A DNA stretch of 64,000 bases from the NCBI GenBank assembly GCA_965240465.1, contig OZ251219.1, positions 320,001 through 384,000 of the forward strand, read 5' to 3'. Below, one piece after another: positions 12,401-21,663 of this stretch. The position numbers were made by a program, and so were the translations under genes. This DNA comes from a bacterium (GTDB taxonomy: Bacteria; SAR324; JACQKK01). Positions within the stretch are counted from its first letter, which is position 1; every line of letters begins with the position of its first letter. Under the pieces are notes generated by a model. That model ran no database searches, had not been told where the DNA came from, and was given only the letters and a program-made list of their open reading frames with translations.

Positions 12401-12689
12401 CGCCAACTATTATTATGGTGATATCATGTTGAATAATGGTGAGACCGTATTCGCCCTTAACGACGACGAGGTTAAAATCAAAACCAGCGATAACTTAAAA
12501 GACTTGACTGCCATCATCAGCGAAGGTGATTTCGGTACGGGCAAAGGCTTTAGTACCAAAAACTGGGATTTTGGTTCAACAAGCCAATACCCCAGCCTGA
12601 AATCCTACAATTCCACCGCTGGCGAGGGCACTCTACTCTGCGGGCAATTACCCGAAGCTGACTTCGTTCAGTGTCCTCCTACGCCTTAG
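9471..12689 (+). CDS. TSP3/GLUG lipoprotein copy 5 (expanded Asp-rich repeat stalk)
   Basis: MGKLSLLSSIFIITLFLASC lipobox after AGGAGG; family motifs present. Confidence 0.92.
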   Translation: MGKLSLLSSIFIITLFLASCGGSSEEKKGVVNPVTDTDGDGIDDFEADSTTKKDLCSPSKDGKFVSTPITDHDRDGCKDDGEDPDDDNDNKKDAVDDCEKSPKGFLSGDRTTDYDDDGCKDDDPEDPDDDNDTVNDFEVNGTTEKDKCRTSETSGFISVSTSNNPAAINDYDGDGCEDAGEDEDDDDDTVNDFEADGTTEKDNCRTSKTSGFISVSTSNNPLAINDYDGDGCEDAGEDKDDDDDTVNDFEADGTTEKDKCRTSETSGFISVSTSNNPLDINDYDGDGCEDAGEDKDDDDDGVADFEANGTTEKDKCPLVGFTTDNNGDGCEDTTTDSDGDTVFDDSDRCITSETSGFISVSTSNNPLAINDYDGDGCEDAGEDKDDDDDGVADFEANGTTEKDKCPLVGFTTDNNGDGCEDTTTDSDGDTVFDDSDRCITSKTSSFISVSTSNNPLAINDYDGDGCEDAGEDKDDDDDTVNDFEADGTTEKDKCRTSETSGFISVSTSNNPLDINDYDGDGCEDAGEDEDDDDDTVNDFKADGTTEKDNCRTSETSGFISVSTSNNPLDINDYDGDGCEDAGEDKDDNNNGLMEIATADELGNIRYSLDGTRYGDGSSSSDAGCPTINPVGCIGYELANDIDLLSVNFEPITGNFTAILEGNNKTISNLVIVTDANTKNAGFFISLASGSTVRNLSFATGSVTSNYVGGTQNSPNFVGVLAAGNVGVISDVSITGISVTTGDGDYDRVGGLVGGNINTGTIQDSSSAAVSVTGGAGSDQVGGLVGSNIGTIQDSSSAAASVTGGAGSDQVGGLVGGNIDTGIIQDSSSAADSVAGGADTDYVGGLVGSNYHIIQSSSATGNAYGGAGGDQVGGLVGSNAAGGIIRNSYATGDADGNDNDPGIEWVGGLVGSNYNIIQDSYATGDAYGSENNDYVGGLVGGIISGSIKNSYVLGNVDGGGGNDHVGYLVGWKYAGTIAANYYYGDIMLNNGETVFALNDDEVKIKTSDNLKDLTAIISEGDFGTGKGFSTKNWDFGSTSQYPSLKSYNSTAGEGTLLCGQLPEADFVQCPPTP
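9864..11237 (+). repeat. Intragenic tandem repeat: 3x168 bp + 2x267 bp + 2x168 bp
   Basis: Unit starts at 9864, 10032, 10200, 10368, 10635, 10902 and 11070; near-identical DNA. Confidence 0.9.
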
Positions 12690-12737
12690 GATGGACCCTC
12701 GGCAGACTGCTTGAAAAAGGTAGCCAACCATTTTTCT

Positions 12738-12772
12738 GGGAGTGAGTTAATACTCACTCCCTTTCTTTTTTT
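12738..12772 (+). terminator. Array-type intrinsic terminator
   Basis: GGGAGTGAGT-taat-ACTCACTCCC plus T-tract. Confidence 0.9.
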
Positions 12773-12860
12773 GGGGACTGCATTTTGCTCTTTTAAGCAC
12801 TTGATAAACCGATCGCCAATGAAGTTCTGGCTGACTGTGTTCAGTGTGTAACCACTAAAC

Positions 12861-12889
12861 TTGACAGTAGCTAATTTTTGGTGCATAAT
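12861..12889 (+). promoter_or_regulatory. Putative sigma70 promoter for copy 6
   Basis: TTGACA-17 bp-CATAAT. Confidence 0.7.
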
Positions 12890-13000
12890 AGGCGGTATGG
12901 GTTGTCTTGTGCTCTAAGGTACATCACCCCAAGGTACATCAATTTGTGGCGGTTTATGTTAGATCATATCAGTCAAAATTAACGAATAGTAGGAAACTCA

Positions 13001-14821
13001 ATGAAAAAATTATCATTACTCTCAAGCATTTTTGTTATCACTCTTTTCTTAGCCAGCTGTGGCGGTAGTGAAGATAAGAACGATGGCGGTAGCGAAGATA
13101 AGAAAGGTGTTGTAGACCCTGTTACTGATACCGATGGCGATGGAATCAACGATTTCAAGGCAGATGGCACCACCAAGCTAGATAGATGCCAACCAAGCGA
13201 AGACATCACCTTTAGAAGCACTGCCGCCAACGACCGCGATAGCGACGGCTGCGAAGATGCTGGCGAAGACAAAGATGACGACAATGATGGGATCAACGAT
13301 GTTGATATAAACGGCAACGAGCTAGATCAATGCCCCGAAGGCATAATTGGCATTGGAAATGACCTAGATAACGACGGCTGTAAAAACTCCAAAGACACCG
13401 ATGATGACAACGATACCATACTTGATACTGCTGATGCCTGTCCCAGAGGCATAATTGGCACTAACGATCCCGATGCTGACAGCGACGGCTGTAAAGATTC
13501 AGTGGATGTCGATGACGACAACAACGGTCTAATAGAAATCGCCACTGCTGCCGAGCTAGACAACATCCGCTACCAACTGGACGGCACTAGCTATAAAACA
13601 AGTGCCAACGATATAGGCTCTGATACGGGCTGTCCTACTGCTGATCCTGTGGGTTGCAATGGCTACGAACTAGCTGGCGACATTGATCTTTCTTCCATTA
13701 CCGACTTTGAACCCATTGGACCATCAGGCAGTCCTTTCACGGCTATCTTTGAAGGCAATGGCAACACCATCAGCAACCTAATCATTAGCAATGACACTAG
13801 ATACGTCGGTTTCTTTGGAATCTTGGGTGCTAGTAGCGAAGTCCGAAACTTGTCCTTTGCAAAAAGTGCAACGGACACAGGTTCAGTTACCAGTAGAAAC
13901 ATCTCTATTTCTACTGAAATTGGTAGCGTGGGAACCCTGGCAGGCGAAAATAGAGGAACAATATCCAATGTTTCCACTGCTCTCTCTGTTTCCGTTGATC
14001 TCAATACTTCCGTAACTGGTCCCAAGTATGTAGGTGGCTTGGTAGGTGAGAGTACGAGTACTGGTACCATACAAAACAGCTCTGCCACTGGAAATGTCAG
14101 CGGCGGTAGCGGTGGTGACACCATAGGTGGCTTGACGGGATCAGGAACTGTAACGAACAGTTACTACTCCACAGGCACTGTTGATGGGGGTAGCGGTAAT
14201 GACACCGTAGGTGGCTTGACGGGATCAGGAACTGTAACGAACAGTTACTACTCCACAGGCACTGTTGATGGGGGTAGCGATAATGACAGAGTAGGTGGCT
14301 TGACGGGATTGGGAAGTGTAACGAACAGCTACTCCACAGGCACTGTTAATGGGGGTAGCGGTAATGACAAAGTAGGTGGCTTGACGGGATTGGGAAGTGT
14401 AACGAACAGCTACTCCATAGCCACTGTTAATGGGGGTACTGGTACCGATACAGTCGGTCACTTAACTGTCCCTATTAGTATCTCGGCGAATCCTGTTGTT
14501 ACTAACAGCTATTATGATAGTGGTATCACCCCGACGGAAGGGACCCTCCAAACCTATGGGACCGGCAAAACCAGCGACCAGCTGAAAGCCATCAACAATG
14601 TTGCCTCCATTACTGATACTACTTGCACTAGTGCTGGGGGAACTTGGGATGGCACTGCATGCACCGATGGGCATCTGAACCTTAGTACCGACAACTGGGA
14701 TTTCACTGCTGGCAAATACCCCAGCCTGAAATCCTACAAGGTGGATGCCAACGATGCCCAAATCGCAGGCGATCTACTCTGTAACCAACCCACCGACTTC
14801 GTTCAGTGTGCTATGCCTTAG
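13001..14821 (+). CDS. TSP3/GLUG lipoprotein copy 6
   Basis: MKKLSLLSSIFVITLFLASC lipobox; shortened VGGLTG repeats; LLCNQPTDFVQC. Confidence 0.92.
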   Translation: MKKLSLLSSIFVITLFLASCGGSEDKNDGGSEDKKGVVDPVTDTDGDGINDFKADGTTKLDRCQPSEDITFRSTAANDRDSDGCEDAGEDKDDDNDGINDVDINGNELDQCPEGIIGIGNDLDNDGCKNSKDTDDDNDTILDTADACPRGIIGTNDPDADSDGCKDSVDVDDDNNGLIEIATAAELDNIRYQLDGTSYKTSANDIGSDTGCPTADPVGCNGYELAGDIDLSSITDFEPIGPSGSPFTAIFEGNGNTISNLIISNDTRYVGFFGILGASSEVRNLSFAKSATDTGSVTSRNISISTEIGSVGTLAGENRGTISNVSTALSVSVDLNTSVTGPKYVGGLVGESTSTGTIQNSSATGNVSGGSGGDTIGGLTGSGTVTNSYYSTGTVDGGSGNDTVGGLTGSGTVTNSYYSTGTVDGGSDNDRVGGLTGLGSVTNSYSTGTVNGGSGNDKVGGLTGLGSVTNSYSIATVNGGTGTDTVGHLTVPISISANPVVTNSYYDSGITPTEGTLQTYGTGKTSDQLKAINNVASITDTTCTSAGGTWDGTACTDGHLNLSTDNWDFTAGKYPSLKSYKVDANDAQIAGDLLCNQPTDFVQCAMP

Positions 14822-14930
14822 GCATTGCCCTACCTCCTCTCCTGACTCTTGCCTCCTCGGGTGCTACCTTAGGGGCGGTACTTTCACGCATTCTAACTAG
14901 GACTACCCAAATAATGTAACAGGATTACCC

Positions 14931-17801
14931 ATGAAAAAATTATCACTACTTTCGGCTTGTATTTTCGCTCTATTTTTAGCTAGCTGCGGAGGGGGTATAA
15001 GTAGCGGGGGTGGCAGTTCCAAGCCTGCTGATGCCGATTCCGATGGCGTCCCTGATCTTGTAGACCAATGCTCTCCTAGTGCTGATGAGAAATTCATCAG
15101 TACCTCCAAAACCGACTACGATAGCGACGGTTGCAAAGATGACGACCCTCACGGAGAAGACGATGATGACGACAATGATAAAGTCCCCGATGTTGATCCA
15201 AACGGCGACCCTACCAAAGATGACAAATGCCCCAAAGGCAGTTTGTTCACCAGCATAAGCACCAGCACTGACTCCACCGTAACTATCACCGACTACGATA
15301 GCGACGGTTGCAAAGATGACGACCCTCACGGAGAAGACGATGATGACGACAATGATGGAGTCCCCGATGTTGATCCAAACGGCGACCCTACCAAAAATGA
15401 CAAATGCCCCAAAGGCAATTTGTTCACCAGCATAAGCACCAGCACTGACTCCACCGTAACTATCACCGACGTTGATGGCGACGGCTGTGAAGATGGCACC
15501 ACCGAAGATATTGACCTTGACGGAGATGGTCAAAGAAATTCAGCGGATGACGATGATGACGGTGATGGCAAAGAAGATGTTGCTGATGCCTGTCCCAGAG
15601 GCATTATTGGCACTGTCGGTCTTGATATTGACGACGATGGCTGTAAAAATGCCGAAGATGATGATGATGACGGTGACAACGAACCAGACACAACTGATGT
15701 GGATGATGATAATGACGGTCTGATAGAGATTGCCACTGCTACCGAGCTAAACAATATCCGCTACAGCCTGGATGGCACTCGCTATGATGATGATGAAGAT
15801 GACAGCACCGGTAATGAAGGCTCTAATGCAGGCTGTCCTACTACTAATCCCGTAGGTTGCAATGGCTATAAATTAACCAGTGACATTGACTTGGGATCCA
15901 ACAACTTTGAACCCATTGTAGGAGGTTTTACCGCTATATTAGAAGGCAATTATAAAACCATCCACAACCTAGTCATTGTCACTGACGCTAACACCAGAAA
16001 CGCGGGCTTCTTTATGCTCTTGGCTACTGGCAGCACGGTACAGAACTTGTCCTTTGCAACAGGTTCAGTTACCAGTGGCTATATTGGTGGCACTCAAAGC
16101 AGTGCCAACTATATAGGGGTTCTAGCCGCTGGTAATGATGGAGCAATATCCAATGTTTCTACTACGGGGATCTCGGTTACTGCCGGCAATGGTGATTATG
16201 ACCATGTAGGTGGCTTGGTGGGTGATAATACTAATACTGGCACCATCCAGGGTAGCTCTGCCACTGGCAATGTTGCTGGCGGTGATGGTAGTGGTGACAA
16301 TGTAGGTGGCTTAGTGGGTGGTAATGCTGGCACCATCAAAAATGGCTCTGCCACTGGCAATGTTGCTAGCGGTGATGGAAGTGACCAGGTGGGCGGTTTG
16401 GTAGGTGATAATACTAGTACTGGCACCATCAAAAATAGCTCTGCCACTGGCAATGTTACTGATGGTGCTGGCGGTAGTTTTGTAGGTGGCTTGATAGGGA
16501 GTAATTACAATATCATCCAAGACAGTTATGCCACTGGCAATGTTGATGGAGGTGCTGGAGATGACCAGGTGGGCGGTTTGGTGGGTGGTAATGCTGGCAC
16601 CATCAAAAATAGCCGTGCCACTACTGGCTCTGTTGCTGGAGGTGACGGAAATGACCGTGTAGGTGGCTTGGCAGGGAGTAATACAAATATCATCCAAGAC
16701 AGTGATGCCACTGGCAACGTTGCTGGAGGTGACGGAAATGACCGTGTAGGTGGCTTAGTGGGTGGTAATACTAATACTGGCACCATCCAAAGCGGCTCTG
16801 CCACTGGCAACGTTGCTGGAGGTGACGGAAATGACCGTGTAGGTGGCTTAGTGGGTGGTAATACTAATACTGGCACCATCCAAAGCAGCTCTGCTAGTGC
16901 GAATAATGACTATGTAGGTGGCTTGGTAGGTTATAATAATGGAGGCACCATCAGAAATAGCTATGCCACTGGAAATGCTGCTGGAGGTGACGGAAATGAC
17001 CGTATAGGTGGCTTAGTGGGTAGTAATACTGGCACCATCAGAAATAGCTATGCCACTACTGGCGATGTTGCTGGAGGTGCAAATGATGACTATGTAGGTG
17101 GCTTGGTAGGTTATAATAATGGCACCATCAGAGGTAGCTATGCCACTACTGGCGATGTTGCTGGAGGTGCGAATAATGACTATGTAGGTGGCTTGGTAGG
17201 TTATAATAATGGCACCATCGGAAATAGCTATGCCACTACTGGCGACGTTGCTGGAGGTGCGAATAATGACTATGTAGGTGGCTTGGTGGGTAGTAATTAC
17301 AACATCATCCAAGACAGCTATGCCGCTGGAAAGGCCGATGGAGGTGCGAATGATGACTATGTAGGTGGCTTGGTGGGAATTCTTTTTGCTGGAAGCATCA
17401 AGAATAATTATGTCCTAGGCAATGTTGACGGTGGTGATGGTAATAGTGACTGGGTTGGCTACTTGATGGGCTCGAGAAGCAACACTGATACTACAGCTGC
17501 TGGCAACTATTATAATAGTGAGAGTAGCCGTGAGGGTGCTGAGGAAGAATTAACCCTTAACAACACCGAGGTTAGAAGCAAAACCAGCGACAAACTAAAA
17601 AAATTGACTGCCAATAACACCGAAACTGACTTTGGTGCGGGTAATCGCTGGAATAAATACAACTGGGATTTTGGCACAAACACCGAATACCCCACCTTGA
17701 AGTCCTTCAGGGTGGATTCCAACAATGACCAAATTGAGGGCTATTTACTCTGTGGACAAAAACCCACAGGCGACTTCGTTCAGTGTATCTCTACGCCTTA
17801 A
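14931..17801 (+). CDS. TSP3/GLUG lipoprotein copy 7 (expanded GLUG region)
   Basis: MKKLSLLSACIFALFLASC lipobox; many VGGLVG units; LLCGQKPTGDFVQC. Confidence 0.92.
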   Translation: MKKLSLLSACIFALFLASCGGGISSGGGSSKPADADSDGVPDLVDQCSPSADEKFISTSKTDYDSDGCKDDDPHGEDDDDDNDKVPDVDPNGDPTKDDKCPKGSLFTSISTSTDSTVTITDYDSDGCKDDDPHGEDDDDDNDGVPDVDPNGDPTKNDKCPKGNLFTSISTSTDSTVTITDVDGDGCEDGTTEDIDLDGDGQRNSADDDDDGDGKEDVADACPRGIIGTVGLDIDDDGCKNAEDDDDDGDNEPDTTDVDDDNDGLIEIATATELNNIRYSLDGTRYDDDEDDSTGNEGSNAGCPTTNPVGCNGYKLTSDIDLGSNNFEPIVGGFTAILEGNYKTIHNLVIVTDANTRNAGFFMLLATGSTVQNLSFATGSVTSGYIGGTQSSANYIGVLAAGNDGAISNVSTTGISVTAGNGDYDHVGGLVGDNTNTGTIQGSSATGNVAGGDGSGDNVGGLVGGNAGTIKNGSATGNVASGDGSDQVGGLVGDNTSTGTIKNSSATGNVTDGAGGSFVGGLIGSNYNIIQDSYATGNVDGGAGDDQVGGLVGGNAGTIKNSRATTGSVAGGDGNDRVGGLAGSNTNIIQDSDATGNVAGGDGNDRVGGLVGGNTNTGTIQSGSATGNVAGGDGNDRVGGLVGGNTNTGTIQSSSASANNDYVGGLVGYNNGGTIRNSYATGNAAGGDGNDRIGGLVGSNTGTIRNSYATTGDVAGGANDDYVGGLVGYNNGTIRGSYATTGDVAGGANNDYVGGLVGYNNGTIGNSYATTGDVAGGANNDYVGGLVGSNYNIIQDSYAAGKADGGANDDYVGGLVGILFAGSIKNNYVLGNVDGGDGNSDWVGYLMGSRSNTDTTAAGNYYNSESSREGAEEELTLNNTEVRSKTSDKLKKLTANNTETDFGAGNRWNKYNWDFGTNTEYPTLKSFRVDSNNDQIEGYLLCGQKPTGDFVQCISTP

Positions 17802-17823
17802 GACATATCGGGCAGATTGTCTA

Positions 17824-17852
17824 TTGACATCCACCCCACCTGGGGTTATCGT
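17824..17852 (+). promoter_or_regulatory. Putative sigma70 promoter for copy 8
   Basis: TTGACA-17 bp-TATCGT. Confidence 0.55.
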
Positions 17853-17918
17853 GAGAGCAAGTGCTTTCTCTTGCCAATGGGACATCTTTTTTAAAGAATG
17901 TAATAGAGGATATGTCAC

Positions 17919-19481
17919 ATGCAATTATCGCTTAGGAAAATATCCCTCCTCTCAGCCAGTTTTGTTATTGCTTCACTTTTAGCCAGCTGTGGAGGGGGTG
18001 GCTCTATCAACACCGTTGATACCGATTCTGATGGCATCCCAGACACCCAAGATGTAGATGATGACGGAGATGGTTTAATAGAGCTTCACAATGCTACCGA
18101 GCTCAGTAACATCCGCTATGATCTGGACGGCACTCACTATGATGATGATCATGATGACAGCACCGGTAATGAAGGCTCTAACGCTGGCTGTCCTACTACT
18201 AATCCCGTGGGTTGCATTGGCTATGAACTAGCTGATGACATTGACTTAGCGACTGACCCTGCTACCAGCGACTGGGTACCTATCGCGGGGAATTTTATCG
18301 CTACCTTGGAAGGCAATGACTACACCATCAGTAACCTTGTTATCTCCGACGATACCAAATATACCGGTTTATTTACAAACTTGGATTCTGATAGCACGGT
18401 ACAAAACTTGTCCTTTGCGGAAGGTTCAGTTACCAGTAGCTACATTACTAGCACTAGCGAACTTAGCTTTGTAGGAGTTCTAGCGGGCATTAATATTGGA
18501 ACAATATCCAATGTTTCTGTTGGGCTATCGGTTTTTGCCGGCACGAGCGACGATAACCTTGTAGGTGGCTTGGTGGGTGTTAATACTGGCACCATCGTAA
18601 ATAGCTCTGCCACTGGAAATGCCGATGGAGGTGCGGGTAATAATGATAGGGTGGGTGGCTTGGTAGGTGGTTCTCTTTATGGTGGTACCATCCAAAATAG
18701 CTCTGCCACTGGAAATGCCGATGGAGGTGCGGGTAATCATGATAGGGTGGGTGGCTTGGTGGGTTATAATTATGGCAGCACCATCCAAGGTAGCTCTGCC
18801 ACTGGCAATGCTAATGGTGGTAAGGGTGATGATGACTATGTGGGTGGCTTGGTGGGTTATAATGCTGCTGGAAGCACCATTATGGGTTATAATGCTGCTG
18901 TAAGCACCATTCAAAATAGCTATGCCACTGGAAAGGCTGATGGAGGTGCTGGTATTGACTATGTGGGTGGCTTGGTGGGTTATAATGCTGATGGAAGCAC
19001 CATTCAAAATAGCTATGCCACTGGAAAGGCCAATGGAGGTGCAGATTCCGACCGGGTGGGCGGCTTAGTGGGATATATTTATAGTGGAACCTTACAGAAC
19101 AGTTATTCCATAGGTGCTGTTGATGGTGGTGGTGCAACTGATGATGGTGGTGCAACTGATGATGTTGGCCGTTTAGTTGGTGGTAGAGAACCTAATACAA
19201 TTATTACGGCTTCCGACATCTATTATAGTAGTCAGAGTGCCCTTGATAATGGTAGGGAGTTAACAATCCTTGGGATCAGCAAAACCAACGATGAACTAAA
19301 ATCCTTGGTTGACAGTAATACAGGTTGGGATACCAAAAACTGGAATTTTGGTTCAACAAGCCAATACCCCAGCTTAAAGTCTTACAAAGAGAATTCCAGC
19401 GGTGAACAAGTTAATGGCAAGTTACTCTGTGACCAACCCACCGACTTCGTTCAATGTCCTACGCATGCCCCTACGTCTTAA
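17919..19481 (+). CDS. TSP3/GLUG lipoprotein copy 8 (minimal stalk)
   Basis: MQLSLRKISLLSASFVIASLLASC lipobox; family motifs present. Confidence 0.92.
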   Translation: MQLSLRKISLLSASFVIASLLASCGGGGSINTVDTDSDGIPDTQDVDDDGDGLIELHNATELSNIRYDLDGTHYDDDHDDSTGNEGSNAGCPTTNPVGCIGYELADDIDLATDPATSDWVPIAGNFIATLEGNDYTISNLVISDDTKYTGLFTNLDSDSTVQNLSFAEGSVTSSYITSTSELSFVGVLAGINIGTISNVSVGLSVFAGTSDDNLVGGLVGVNTGTIVNSSATGNADGGAGNNDRVGGLVGGSLYGGTIQNSSATGNADGGAGNHDRVGGLVGYNYGSTIQGSSATGNANGGKGDDDYVGGLVGYNAAGSTIMGYNAAVSTIQNSYATGKADGGAGIDYVGGLVGYNADGSTIQNSYATGKANGGADSDRVGGLVGYIYSGTLQNSYSIGAVDGGGATDDGGATDDVGRLVGGREPNTIITASDIYYSSQSALDNGRELTILGISKTNDELKSLVDSNTGWDTKNWNFGSTSQYPSLKSYKENSSGEQVNGKLLCDQPTDFVQCPTHAPTS

Positions 19482-19590
19482 GGCTACACCCTTAACTACC
19501 ATCCTTACCTCCTTGGTTGCTTTGGTTGCTACCGTGGGAGATAGCACTTTCTGGCGGCACAGCCTTTCTTAGCTACTAAAAGGACTAACC

Positions 19591-21537
19591 ATGCGAAAAT
19601 TATCTCTCCTTTCAGCCAGTGTCTTCTCTCTATTCTTAGCCAGCTGTGGGGGCAGGGGCGGTGGAAGGTCTGCTGATACAGATTCTGATGGCATCTTTGA
19701 TAGCAAGGATTCGTGCCGCAACAGCTCCACAGGCTTCATCAGCACCCCCGAAACCGACTACGATGGCGACGGCTGCAAAGATAGCACCGAAGATGTAGAT
19801 GATGACGGAGATGGTTTAATAGAGCTTCACAATGCTACCGAGCTCAATAACATCCGCCATGATTTGGACGGCACTCACTATGATGACAGAACCAGTAATG
19901 AAGGCTCTAACGCGGGCTGTCCTACTACTAATCCCGTGGGTTGCATTGGCTATGAACTAGCCGATGACATTGACTTAGCGACTGACCCTGCTACCAGCGA
20001 CTGGGTACCTATCGCGGGGAATTTTATCGCTACCTTAGAAGGCAATGGTCACAGCATCAATAACCTAACCATTGACAGAGACTCTCTATCCGTGGGACTC
20101 TTTGAGGTCTTGGCTACTGAAGGCATAGTCCAAAATTTATCTTTTGTAGGAGGTTCAGTTGTTAGTAGATCTAATTCTAGCAATAGCCTTGTGGGGGTTC
20201 TGGTAGGCAAGAGTTTTGGAACAATATCCGATGTTTCTGTGGGGCTATCGGTTTCCATCAGAATGGTGATTGATTTTGGCACTGTGGGTGGCTTGGTGGG
20301 TGTTAATGCTGATGGCGGCACCATCCAAGGTAGCTTTGCCACTGGAAAGGCCGATGGAGGTGGTGGTAGTAGAGAAGCAGTAGGCGGCTTGGTAGGTGTT
20401 AATGAGGGCACCATCCAAGGTAGCTTTGCCACTGGAAAGACCGATGGAGGTGACGGTAATAGAGACGCCGTGGGCGGCTTAGTAGGTGTTAATGCTGGTG
20501 GCGGCATCATCCAAGGTAGCTTTGCCACTGGAAAGGCTGATGGAGGTGATGGTAATGCAGACTATGTGGGTGGCTTGTTGGGTTATAATGGTGAAAGCAC
20601 CATCGTAAATAGCTATGCCACTGGAAATGTCAGTGATGATGCTGGTGATGGAGACTTTGTGGGTGGCTTGGCAGGTTATAATGGTAGTGGAAGCACCATC
20701 CAAGGTAGCTATGCCACTGGCAAAGTTGCTGGCGGTGATGGTAATACAGATATTGTGGGCGGCTTGGTAAGTTATAATTTTCAAAGCAATATTGAAGATA
20801 GCTATGCCACTGGAGATGCTGATGGCAATAATGGTAATACAGACGTAGTAGGCGGCTTGGTAGGTTCTAATATTGGCAGCATCATCCAAAACAGCTATGC
20901 TACTGGCAAAGTTGCTGGTGGTGATGGTAATGGAGACGTAGTGGGCGGCTTAGTAGGTGGGCATTACAAAAGTGGCACCATCCAAAACAGCTATGCCACT
21001 GGCAAAGCTGATGGCGGTAATGGTGATGATGATAGAGTGGGCGGCTTGGTAGGTAATCTTTATGGTACGATCAAAAATAGCTATGCCACTGGCAAAGCTG
21101 CTGGCGGTAATGGTGATGGTGACCATGTGGGCGGCTTGGTGGGATATGTTTACTTTGGAATCCTCCAGAAAAATTATTCCCTCAGTGATGTTGATGGGGG
21201 TGCTGGAAACGATAATGTTGGCCGTTTAGTTGGCAGTAGAGAAGATAGTACAATGACGGCTTCCGACAGCTATTATAGTAATCAGAGTGCCTTTAATAAT
21301 AGTGGGACCGTATTAGACCTTGGGATCAGCAAAACCAACGATGAACTAAAATCCTTGGTTGACAGTAATACAGGTTGGGATACCAAAAACTGGAATTTTG
21401 GTTCAACAAGCCAATACCCCAGCTTAAAGTCCTACAAAGAGAATTCCATCGGTACCCAAATCGCAGGTGATCTACTCTGTGGACAAAAACCCACAGACGA
21501 CTTCGTTCAGTGTCCTACGCCTGCCCCTACGCCTTAA
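19591..21537 (+). CDS. TSP3/GLUG lipoprotein copy 9
   Basis: MRKLSLLSASVFSLFLASC lipobox; family motifs present. Confidence 0.92.
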   Translation: MRKLSLLSASVFSLFLASCGGRGGGRSADTDSDGIFDSKDSCRNSSTGFISTPETDYDGDGCKDSTEDVDDDGDGLIELHNATELNNIRHDLDGTHYDDRTSNEGSNAGCPTTNPVGCIGYELADDIDLATDPATSDWVPIAGNFIATLEGNGHSINNLTIDRDSLSVGLFEVLATEGIVQNLSFVGGSVVSRSNSSNSLVGVLVGKSFGTISDVSVGLSVSIRMVIDFGTVGGLVGVNADGGTIQGSFATGKADGGGGSREAVGGLVGVNEGTIQGSFATGKTDGGDGNRDAVGGLVGVNAGGGIIQGSFATGKADGGDGNADYVGGLLGYNGESTIVNSYATGNVSDDAGDGDFVGGLAGYNGSGSTIQGSYATGKVAGGDGNTDIVGGLVSYNFQSNIEDSYATGDADGNNGNTDVVGGLVGSNIGSIIQNSYATGKVAGGDGNGDVVGGLVGGHYKSGTIQNSYATGKADGGNGDDDRVGGLVGNLYGTIKNSYATGKAAGGNGDGDHVGGLVGYVYFGILQKNYSLSDVDGGAGNDNVGRLVGSREDSTMTASDSYYSNQSAFNNSGTVLDLGISKTNDELKSLVDSNTGWDTKNWNFGSTSQYPSLKSYKENSIGTQIAGDLLCGQKPTDDFVQCPTPAPTP

Positions 21538-21663
21538 GGCTACACACCCCCTTAACTACCTCTTGATCTTGCCTCCTTAGTTGCTACGATTGCCATGGTT
21601 GCTACCGTGGGAGATAGCACTTTCTGGCGGCACAGTCTTTCTTAGCTACTAAAAGGACTGACC